Source of the DNA: Halocafeteria seosinensis | Taxonomy: Eukaryota | Direction of reading: 5' to 3' | NCBI GenBank assembly: GCA_001687465.1 | Contig: LVLI01000279.1 | Coordinates: 62,001-105,767, forward strand | DNA: 43,767 nt | Shown: positions 10,133 through 22,100 of the stretch, one piece after another | Layout of the letters: each line of letters opens with the position of its first letter | Position numbering within the stretch: position 1 is the stretch's first letter | Program-made: the position numbers and the translations under genes | The notes under the pieces: generated by a model | What the model was told of the DNA's origin: nothing | Database searches by the model: none | What the model saw: the letters and a program-made list of their open reading frames with translations, nothing else

Positions 10133-13100
10133 ATGAGCGAGGAGGGAAGAAAAATGCGAGGGGGGTTTCTCAGCTTGGCTGTCGTAGTTTCTCTAGCGCT
10201 TGTACACACGGTAGATGCGTCCTTCCCAACTTGCCCAGCAGGGTATGAATGCCCTCGGACAACCAACTCCACATCAGATGCTCTGGATGGAAATTGTATC
10301 GTAGAGGTTGAGCCTCTACCCTGCTCCAATGGGACGTATTCCCTAGAAGGTATGATACTTCCTGCCATCTCGTGTAATGCTGCTATCCTTGTTGACCGAA
10401 ATCTCTATCTTCTGTTTCTGTCCAGGAATGAATATTTGTGTTGCGTGCCCCGCGGGACACTCATGTGCTTCAGTGAGCGATTCGCCGAAACCCTGCCCTC
10501 GAGGGAAGTTCAGCGTCGGTGGTGAGATGTTTTGCACGGAGTGCTCCGCCGGCTTTTTCTCAAGTGTTAACGGGAGTGCATTTTGCTCAGTATGTCCTTC
10601 CGGATACCAGTGTGAAGATCCGAGGAATGAGCCGGAGTCATGCACGCCGGGAGAATTCTCTCAAGCGGGGTCCATCTCTTGCCAAAATTGTAGTGAAGGA
10701 TCGTTTGCTGCAGAGGCTACGTCTGCGTTCTGTAGTCCCTGTCCACTGGGACATTTCTGCCGCTCAGGTTCTTCTACTCCCTCCCCATGTCCGAATGGGT
10801 CTGTAAGCGTCGGTAACCAAGCTTCCTGTATAACTTGCTCTGTTGGAACGACGACACCATTGATCTTAGAAGAGCTAGGTCTGATTGAACACTCAAGGAA
10901 TGACCGCTGTGTATCTTGCCCTCAAGGCTACCAGTGTGAGGACCCATCCTCTCCCGTCCTCTGCCCCTTGGGATCTTATAGTTTCCAAGGCGATACGAGT
11001 TGCTCAACGTGTCCTCGAGGACTATTTTGCCCAGATCCCCTTTCGCTACCGCAGCACTGTCCCGTAGGTACATTTTCCTCTTTTGGGAGCCCAAACTGCA
11101 CGGTTTGCCCCGCGGGCTTTGGTTGCCTGAACCCAACAGAACCTCCGGTCGCATGCGAAGAAGGAGAATATTCTCAAGATGGCGACTTCCGATGCTTCAA
11201 CTGTCCACCTGGTTACTTCTGTAATACCACTTCGTCTCGCCCATTTCCTTGTCTGGAGGGTGAATACTCGTTTAGTGGGTCCACACAGTGCACTGAGTGC
11301 CCCTCCGGGCACGCATGCTTGAGCATATCGCACTCGCCTGTGAAGTGTCCCACAGGAACCTACAGTTTGGAAGGTGAAATTAGCTGTAGTGACTGTCCAA
11401 GAGGGTTTGAGTGTCCAACGACAGAGTTACCTCCGAAGGAATGCCTGAACGGAACGTATTCTACTGGAAGGCAACCTTGGTGTTACTTGTGTCCGTCAGG
11501 CTTTGCATGCGGATCAACTAGCGAAATGCCGAAGTTCTGCCCTCCGGGAACGTTCAGTCATGCCGGTGAAACAGCCTGCACCCCGTGTACTCCTGGATAT
11601 TTTTGTCCTTCTCAAAGGTCGAATCAACAAGTTGAATGTGAGCCGGGAACGTATTCAAGCGCCAACGCTACGTCATGTGAGGTATGTCCAGCGGGGCACT
11701 TTTGTCCAAATGCTACCATTGAGACTCCGATTCCATGCCCTACGGGATCATACTCAATGCAAGGGAGTGCAACTTGCCAGCAATGCCCCAGTGGGTTCGA
11801 ATGCTCAGTCAACGGTTCTACGTTGAAAAGTTGTGAGCTGGGCCAACACAGTACAGAAGGTGAAATGACGTGCAGAGATTGTGATGCTGGGTACAAGTGC
11901 CCCCTTGGCGGTATCATGACGCCATGCCCCAATGGCACGTATGCTTTTCCTCGATCGATAACTTGCCGGGACTGTCCACCCGGATGGAAATGTCCTACGC
12001 CTGCAGTCTCTGACGACGCCGATTTCGGGGAACCTTGCCCGGTAGGCTATTTTTCTGTTGGCCGTCAAGTCTCATGTACACCGTGCCCTGCTGGGTACAG
12101 GTGCTTTAGTTCCCAGTCGAGTCAAATGTCGTTGTGCTCCCAGGGGTATGTCTCCGGTGTGGGGAGGATGCATTGCGAGGCATGTGATGCGGGTAAAGAG
12201 TGTCCGTCTCCTGCGAACGAGTCTATTGCATGCCCGTCTGGTACATTCGCGCCCGAAGCTAGCTCCAAGTGTCAGCCGTGTCCTCGCGGATACTATTGTG
12301 AAGCGGCAGCGATCGACCCTGTGCCGTGTCCTCGGGGATCTTTCTGTCCGACGAATAGTTCGTCTCCAAGAAATTGCACTGACGGTTACGTCTGCCCTGC
12401 TCGTTCCCACGAAGACCGTCCTGTTGGCGGACTGTGCCCTGTTGGCGGGTTTTGTTCACGTGGAATATTTACTCCCTGTCCCGCTGGTACGTATGGGAGC
12501 CGCACGGGCGCCATAACGGAAGATGAGGGTTGTAGCTTGTGTCCTGCTGGCTACTATTGCAACTCTGGAAGCATCTTTGAGTCAATATTTCCATGCAGAC
12601 CAGGTCACTTCTGCCCGAATGGCTCAGACTCAGAGACGGCTTGTCCGGGTGGCACCTTCAACGAACTGCCTCTCGCAACAGATGAAGTGTGGTGCAAGAA
12701 TTGTGCACCGGGATTCTACTGTCCGGAAGCCTCTGTGGATCTGAACCGTATTTGCCCCGCTGGTCATTACTGTGAAGCTTCTGTTTCTGAACCGACTCCT
12801 TGTGAGGGCGGTACGTTTGGAGGTTTACGAACGGGTTTGGAGGCACAGAGCTCTTGCTTCAACTGTACGCATGGAAGCTACTGTCCTGGAGATGGGACAC
12901 CCACCCCCAATAGGTGCTCTCCTGGAACGTACAATCCCTTAGCCGGTGCGGATAGCCCTGATGATTGTGTTAAATGTGACGCTGGATGGTATTGCCCAAC
13001 GTATGGAATGTCCTTCTTAGTTCACCGCTGTCCTCCAGGGCATTTCTGTGTAGAAGGACAAGAGCTAGGTACGGAGAATCCATGTCCTGATGGTACATTC

Positions 13101-16100
13101 AGTGATGCATTCGGTAATGCAATGGAGGGCAATTGTCAAGATTGCCCTGTCCGGAGAACGTGTGCGCCAGGGACAGGAGGGTCCATTCGTCCGCAGCCGT
13201 GCGTTCCCGGGTATTTTTGTCCAGGAGGTAGTGGTGACTCAAGTCCTGGAGCCGGGAATAGGCGGCAAAGTCCTCCTTTGAGTGGTCCCAAAACCTCTAT
13301 AATTGGTTGTCCCCCTGGTACGTACTCCCCCTTTGACAATCTGGCATCTGAAAACGAGTGTTTGGAATGTCCTGCGGGATGGTATTGCTCTGGTAATGAA
13401 GAAGAAATTTCTGGACCATGCAATCCTGGATATTACTGTCCCTTCGGTACATCGCACCCAGACTATTTCCCCTGCCCAACCGGTACGTTTTCGGATAAGA
13501 CGAATTTGACGCATCCTGAGCAGTGCCAGGTCTGCCCCGAAGGTCATTACTGTCCAACTGCTGCAACCAGCCCACTTCCCTGCCCCGCGGGTTTCTACGC
13601 CAATGTAACCGGGGTAGAAGCCACTCCCTCAGACCACCATAAGTGTTTGCCTTGTCCAGCCGGATATAAGTGTGATGGCACGAATAAGTTTGGAGATAGT
13701 GGTACAACTGAGCCGGTACCGTGTGGAACGGGATATTATTCGGAGCAAGAACAAGAAGCTTGCACGTTGTGCCCAGTGGGGCATTATTGCGACTCCAATG
13801 CGACAACTGCGTATTCAATGGACGAAAACGTTTGTCCTGCTGGACTGTTCTGTCCAGAGGGGTTAGGCAAAACTCCAGAGCTCACGAACGAACCTTGTCT
13901 TCCTGGCTTTTATTGTGAAGAAGGGGCGTCTAATATGACCGAATGCAGTGCAGGTACATACATGCCCCATAGTGGTGCTGCGTCAAAAGCTGACTGCCTG
14001 ATATGCCCGCCTGGATATTACTGTTTTGCGGGAAGCAGTTCTACTTCAGGGGAGTGTTCTCCCGGTCACTATTGCCCTATCGGGTCATCCTCTCCCGCGG
14101 AAGAAGATTGCGCCCCGGGATTGTACCGCTCATTTGGAGGAGGAAGGAACCAAACAGACTGTGGAGCATGTCCTTCAGGGTCGTTTTGTGAAGGAGGGAC
14201 TGCAGTCCCCAGTACATGCCCTCCGGGTAAGTATTGCGTCACAGGCGTTGCGGTTCCAGAGAGCTGTCCTCCAGGCACATTTAGTAACCGCACCGGCGTC
14301 CGTCGGGTAGAAGATTGCACAGAATGTACACCCGGTTTTTTCTGTGAAACATCGGGACTCATTGAGCCGACCGGCCAATGCTTTGCGGGCTATTATTGCT
14401 TTGCCGGAAGCACAACACCGACCCCAAGAAGCAATGCCTCCTCATGTGCTTTATCTGATGATGAAACTCCCTTTGGTGGTTTATGCCCCCGTGGTGGATT
14501 TTGTCCGGAGGGCTCCACGCAGCCACTCTCGTGTCCATCGGGCACGTTTAGTAACGTTACTGGTGCGTCCTCAGCGTCTGATTGTATTCCTTGCATTCCT
14601 GGCAGCTTTTGTCAAGGTAGCAGCAATCCTTTTCCGAGTGGACTTTGTGATCCTGGATTCTACTGCCCAGCTGGATCAAATAGCTCGAAACAGCAGGATA
14701 CACCAGCTGGTTACTTCACGGAAGCTGGAGCACCTGCACCTGTGGCATGTCCTCCCGGCACTATCAACTCTCAGATACAACAGTCCTCTTGTTCTCCATG
14801 TCCGGAACGCCGGTACTGCTCGTCCGCTGCTACAGTCTCGGCGCCATTATGCCCTGTTGGAAGCTATTGTCCCGAGGGTTCTGTGGACCCAACCCCTTGT
14901 CCACGGGGAACGTTAAACACACAAACTGGATTATTTAATTCGAGCGAATGCACTCTTTGTCCCCCGGGAATGCATTGTAGCGAGGTGAACTTGACGAACC
15001 CGGTCGGTCCTTGTTTAGAAGGCTTCTACTGTGAGCAGGGTGCCCCAGTGCCGAATCCAGATGCAAGCTTTGTTAGTCAAGGCATTGGTGGGCCGTGTCC
15101 TCAGGGGTATTACTGCCCTACTGGGACCAAATCAAGGTTTGCTTGGCCGTGCCCTCCGGGGACATACAATCCCACTGTAGGAGCTCCCAACTCCAGTTTT
15201 TGCTTACAATGTCCCCCAGGCTTCTTCTGCAACTCTTCAGGAATCAGCAGCCCCTCTGGAGGGTGCACAGAAGGATACTTCTGTTCTGGAGGCACCATAC
15301 ACGCCAGACCAGTGAATGATAACGGAGATGTATGTCCAAAGGGTACCTTCTGCATTGGCACTAACGCCGAACCACGCGTGTGTCCTGATGGTACGTATAC
15401 GAACACTACAGGTAACTCATACTGCCAAGACTGCCCTCCCGGGCGTTTCTGCCAGTCTAATCATCCTGCTGACCCTCAAGTATGTCCTCACGGGACGTAC
15501 TGTCCAGGTGGTATTGGGCAATACTTACCAGAATGCCCTCCTGGTACAATTGGCTTGAATGATGGGCTCACCAACGTTGAAGATTGTTCGCTGTGCCCCG
15601 CGGGCAAATTTTGCAGCGAGTTTGGCAAAAAAGTTCCTAGTGGCAATTGTGGTCCGGGTTTCTTTTGTGCACGTGGTGCACTGGATGAACAGGGGCGTAC
15701 TTCTCAAGAAAACAGTAGCAATGGCATTTCTGATGAGGCTACTCTTTGTCCGATAGGGCATTATTGCCCGGAGGGAACACAGTACCCGCATCCTTGTCCC
15801 AACGGCACATTTTCTAGTGTGGCTGGTAACAGCCACGTCAGCGAGTGCTCACTTTGTAGCCCTGGATATGCGTGCACGGTTCAGGGTTTACCATCTCCAA
15901 ACGAGGTTTGCCGAGAACAATACCAGTGTTTCTATGGCAATGATGCTCCTTCACCCACAATTGGTATTGTCGAGCTCAATGTTACTCTTCTTGAGGAAAT
16001 GGATATAGTTCAAGTTATGGGAACTCCTCTTGTTGATGAACGCAAAGTCGGTGGTGGCTTGTGTCCCAAGGGTCACTTCTGTCCGAACGGCACCAGCGTA

Positions 16101-19100
16101 GCTCCCGAATGCCCAGCAGGTACGTTCAGCAACTCTGAAGGGAGCGTCCAATGCGATGTATGTTACAGCGGCTACTACTGTCCCCCCGGCACTGTTGAAC
16201 CAACTTTGAAGTGTCCAAGAGGACACTATTGCCCGGAAGGGACACAGACACCTTTTGGGAACCCATGTCCGGAAGGAACGTTCTCCAACCAGACTGGCTT
16301 GACCAATTCAACGCAGTGTCGAAAATGTTCCGGAGGACACTATTGTGGTGGCGTTGGATTGACAACTCCGAGTGGTTTGTGCAATGCTACTTTCTTCTGC
16401 AAGGGTGGGGCAACAACTGCAGTGCCTACCGATGGATTAACGGGTGATAAATGCCAGAGAGGCGAATTCTGCTCCGAAGGAACAGTGGTGCCTGGATTCT
16501 GCGAACCAGGAAAATATTGCGATGAAGGTGGCATCCAGGGTGACTGCTCTGCAGGTTACTTCTGTAGACAGGGCTCTCCCATAGCAACCCCGACGACAGA
16601 GAGTAACTCAAGAGGCTCGGTAGGAGGGATATGTCCTCCGGGATTTTACTGCCCTGTCGGCTCTGCGGCCCCGATCAGTTGTCCCCCATCCACGTTTTCC
16701 AATAGCACAGGCAATGCCGAAGTCCACGATTGCCAGAGCTGTCCTCCTGGATACACCTGTCAAGTGGCTAATTTAACGAATCCGGATTCGCTTTGTCCAG
16801 ATGGGTTCTTTTGCCCTGGCGGTGTAGGAGAATTGGATGAGCATTTATTGTGCCCACCAGGATCCTTTTGCCCCAGGGGATCTGAGTTTCCCGCAGCTTG
16901 TCCGAGTGGTACCTACCAACCGGACCGCGGAGAGGGCAGCTGTTTATCGTGCCCCGCAGGGTTTTTCTGTCCCAGGAACACCTCAATAGCAATTGACTGT
17001 CCTCTAGGCAGTTATTGTCCTCCTCAAACAAGTTTTGCTAGGGAACACCTTTGTCCTAATGGAACGTTTGGTAATGCAACCAATCTACTTGACGAAGACA
17101 ATTGTAGCCTTTGTTTGCCTGGAATGTTCTGTGACAGGGAAGGGCTGACATCTCCGACAGGAAATTGCTCTGCTGGTTTCTACTGTGTGAGCGGATCGGA
17201 TTCACCAGCCCCTGTTGATGGTCAACGCTCCAGTTACGTGTGTAATGTTTTCGATTGCTCCCTGAAAGAAATGGCGATCTTCGGCACGAACACAAACGAT
17301 TCAATTAGTGGAGATATTTGCCCTCCAGGCCACTACTGTCCCGTGGGCTCCTCTTTCCCGAACCCGTGTCCATCGTCAACATTTCGGAACATCTCTTTCG
17401 GTACTGCGATAGATGACTGCTTTCCGTGCACTCCCGGCTTTGTGTGCCCTTCTAATGGTACTATGGAACCGACAGAACCTTGTCCCGCAGGGTACTTTTG
17501 CACGGAAGGAATGGCGTACGTCGGGGACAGAAGCATCTGCCCTTCTGGTCACAGATGTCCTGAAGGTGTAGCTTCTCCATTGGCGTGCCTTCCTAGTACG
17601 TTTCAGCCCAATAATGGTTCCTCGAGTTGTTTTCCGTGCCCTGCCGGCTACGCTTGTGGAAATGTGGCGATGACTAGCCCTCTACCTTGCCGTGGTGGAC
17701 ACTACTGTCCTATGAAATCGATTTCACAGCAGGAGAGGACTTGTCCACCAGGGACGTTTAGTAACAGGAGTCGGCTCGAAAACTCAACGGAGTGCGATCT
17801 CTGCGCTCCCGGGCATTTTTGCGGAACTGCGGGGCTTGAAGAGCCCACCGGTGATTGTTCCCCCGGGTATTTTTGTGTGCTCGGCGCTGAAGCTCCTTCG
17901 CCGAGGGGCACGACTCTGTGGGATAACGATGCTAGGCCTCCGGTCATCGTCGGGGGTAACATTTGCCCGGCAGGAGCGTTTTGCTCACGAGGAAGCTCGG
18001 CTCCGTCCTTGTGTCCCCCGGGGACGTTTAATAACGCCACCGGAGTTTCTACCGGTTGTAACAACTGTACTCCAGGGTACCTTTGCGAAAACAGCGGTCT
18101 TCAAACACCTTCCTCGCTGTGTCCAGAGGGCTTCTACTGCCCTGGAGGAGATTCACGGGCTCGCTTCGTCTGTAAACCAGGCTTCGCGTGCCCTGCAGGG
18201 GCGGCAATGCCAATCCCATGTGATCCTGGGAGCTACCAGAATGCTTCAACAATGGGCGTGTGTAACATTTGTCCCTCAGGATACTTTTGCAACGCGCAAT
18301 CAGTGGAGCCAGAGATATGCCCGAAGGGATACTATTGTCCTCAAGGGACAGGCAATGGCACTCAGCACCCGTGCCCTTCAGGCACGTATGGAGCGCATTT
18401 CGGAATAGAGAGATCATCTCAATGCAACGACTGTCCTCCAGGTTACTTTTGCAGCCAACACGGTATGAGCTCTCCTAGCGGACTGTGTGGCCCCGGACAT
18501 TATTGCTTGAAGCGGGCAACAAGCCCGACCCCCGATGACAATGTTACCGGAGGTATATGCGATGCAGGGTTCGTATGTGAATACGGAGTGTGGAGTCCAA
18601 GACCGATTCCAGGTGCCAATGTGTCTCACTTTCTTCAGTCTGGCTTCCCCTGCCCTGCTGGGTCTTTCTGCTTGAGTGGCTCGTCAGTTGCCCATCCGTG
18701 TCCTCCTGCCACCTACCAACCTCTCATAGGAAGTGATGATTGTCTTGATTGTCCCGGTGGATTCTTCTGCCCCAACAATACTGCCGAGCCGGAACCCTGC
18801 CTCCTTCTACACTTTTGTCCTCCCAGAAGCGCACTCCCTACCAGATGTCCAAATGGGACGTTTGGAAATGTAACTGCTCTTGTGCATGCTGAGCAGTGCA
18901 CTATGTGTCCCCCAGGAAAATACTGTGTCGACGGGGATGTCTCAGGAGATTGTTTTCCCGGATATTACTGTAATGGAGGTTCTGACGATCCACGAGATGA
19001 CGTATGTCTCCAGAATCATTACTGTCCCGCCGGCACAACATCTCCTATCAAGTGCCCCCCAGGAACGTTTACAGGAAGCACTTCCGCCAAGCGAGCGGAG

Positions 19101-22100
19101 GACTGTGGACCTTGTCCTTCTGGCTTCATTTGCGTAGGTGATGTACCTATCGAATGCCCTTCTGGTCATTATTGCTTGGAAGGTGGAATCAAAGAGGCGT
19201 GTCCCCTTTACACATTTAACCCTGATCGTGGTTCAGAAGACATCAGTGCTTGTCGCACTTGTGGAAGTGGATATTTTTGTAACTCCACGGCAATTTCCAA
19301 CCCTGGCAGATTCTCATGCCCTCCTGGATTTTACTGTCCCTTTGGCGCGACGGAACCTGTGGAATGTCCGGAGGGTTCTTTTGGAAGTGATAGCGGATTG
19401 CGCAATATTTCTGAATGCACTCCCTGTCCTGCCGGCTACTTTTGTTTAAAGGGGTCGATTGTTCCGGAAATATGCGATGGTGGATTTTACTGTGGTTCGG
19501 GTTCGGCAAACATGACTGTTTGCCCCGCAGGCTTCTTCTGCCCTGAGGGCAGTGCCACTCCCACGGTGTGCCCTCCGGGATTTTTTTGTGAAACAATGTC
19601 TGCGGTGCCTTCTTTGTGCCCCGAATATTCGTACTGTCCTCGCGGAAGCTCCTTCCCTTTGCAATGTCCCGCTGGTATGTTTTCTGCCGCTGACACGTCC
19701 AATGCTAGTAGAACTTCAATTGAAGGGGCTTGCATTGTGTGCCCTCCTGGCACGTACTCAGATGAAACAGATGCCGAGGTCTGTCGTACATGTACACCGG
19801 GCTATGTATGCTTAGGGGGGACCACTAGGGCTCGTCCTGAAGATCTAGAGGAACACCGCGGGTATCCGTGCCCAAAGGGTCATTATTGCCCAGCGGGAAG
19901 CGCATCAGAAAGATTTTGTCCAAGAGGTCACTTCAATCCATTTACGCAGCGTTCCAATAGTAGTGCGTGTATGCCTTGTCGCAACGATAGCTATAATAAT
20001 CTTGTCGGCCAAGCCGCGTGTCGTCCCTGTGGCAGCTCTGCTTTTACGAATTCCACTGGCTCTACAACTTGTCGATGTCTTGGAGAGTCTCGCTTTTTCC
20101 ATCAATCTGATGGGAAGTGCATCTGCCGGCCGGGATATGAGTTTTTTGACGAACAAGGTGACACGCATAGTGAAAAGGATGGGGCTTCTGATTGTCAGCC
20201 AAAGAATCACGAATGGTGCTCATCCGAACAGGTTCGCGACTCCGATGGAAACTGCGTCTCGATTGATTGCAACAAAAGAAAATATTGCCCCTCAGGGAAT
20301 GGTGGTTCGTTCGACCTTGATACAGGCGTTTGTGTTTGTGAGGGGGAACCTCGGCGAGAAGACATCTGTGATCAATCATGCTTAGATTCTCAGACTAGAG
20401 TGGTCGTAGACGGCGGAAGTGGAACTCTAAACGTGAGTGATCCAGGACGCAACTTTAGTATGCAAATTGATCCGAATTCAGATCTACCGGGGCTTTTGGG
20501 AAGCTTCGGATGTATGCCGCAAGACGTGGAATTTCCTACCGACGGAAACAATGTTAACCGCTCTAGTTCTTGCATTGTCCATACAATGAGAGTTGGGAGC
20601 GCTGGTTCGGACAGTGAGTTTCAAGGGTTTACAGGAGTATATGGCGCTCCTGTGGAAATTTTGTCTCAGGTGCCTCTGGGGGGCAGAAGGGGTTTATCTG
20701 AGGCTGACGCACTCCATGAACGCTACTTGGCGGAGTCTGATACAATATCTGGCCCTGGGATTCAGCGACCTATTACTTGTATATCTGCGGGAGACAATAT
20801 GGTGTTCGAGCTAGGTGTTGATGAGAAGGGTAACAGATCATATCCGGTTTATGTCAAGGACTCACTCCTGAATTCTAACCCGGGCTTCGATTACGGCCCT
20901 TTCAGAGAATTGGAAGATGTTATGGCCAACCCTGACATTTCATCGTCGAAGAGCATTTTTTCGTTCACATTCACTGAACCTGGACTCTATGTGTTCGCAA
21001 CGTCCGCTGATAGAGATCAGCGAACAATAGTGAAGGTAACGGATGTCGGGGAGAGCTGTCCGGAGAAGTTGGGGTCCGGAGCTTTTCATTCTACGAGCTC
21101 TGGTAATCTAGTTTCCACCGGAATTAGGGAAACTCAAGAACCATTACTAACTCCAAACTGGCCACTCATAGGAGGTTTGATTGGTGGACTCTTGGGTGTT
21201 GTCATTGTGGTAATGAGTGGGGTGTACATGTATCGAAAGCGTGCTTGGAACGAAAGGGGATACTACGAGCAGAGTGGTTTATCCAAACCAGCAAAAACTG
21301 TTCCAAAGCAGTCTCCTAAGAAAGCAGAAGCGGAGGACTCCGATGTAGATCCTGAAGCTGTTACGGATGACGAAGTGTCTGAGATGAAAGAACTCCTGGA
21401 GAAAATGAAGTCTTATCATGCAAGTTTGCTTGATGCCTGCAAGAATCAACAGGGCATGGCTGAGAGCGTCCTTTATGCTTTAAAAAACGAGGCAAGCGAT
21501 CTAAAGTTGAAACTCTGTAGGATGTCCGTGGACACTGAAAGTCAGCAAAGTGACGGACATCAACCGCTTGCACGCAGAGCTGCTATCTTGAGACATATCC
21601 AATCTGAACTTACGGCAAGATTGCTGTTCTGCAGACAAATGCGGGGGAGGGAATCCAATATAATAGAGAGGTTGAAGCATATTCAGTTAAAGTTAAGTGA
21701 AGATCCTGCTGCAACAGTTTTTGATGAAATAACCAATCCTGTCAAGCATAGTGAAGATGTCCAGGAAAAGATGGACCACTACAAGTCAGTCAAGGCTAGT
21801 GCTAGTCAGTGTTTAACGTACCTCTTTCGGCAACTATCGGAAGCAGATGACGAAATCAGTAGACTGACAGAACTCGTTGAGAATGAAAAATCCAGACGAA
21901 TTGATTCATTACCACTTTGGAAAGCAGAGGCTGGATCTGGGCTGGCTGACACCGATCCAAGTTTACCTACTGCTTTGGACAAGGTCGAAATGTTAACAGA
22001 TACTCTCGATGGGTGGTCACAAAGGTTTGTTAATTGCCTGAAGGAGCTTCAGCAGGGTATTTCCCCCTTTATGCGGAACATGGAAGTGACTGTTTCTCTT

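Noticed and set aside
10377..10425. Track start MLLSLLTEISIFCFCP for the 5770-aa ORF
   Set aside because: It lies within the 76-nt intron 10350-10425; exon 1 at 10133 supplies the signal peptide.
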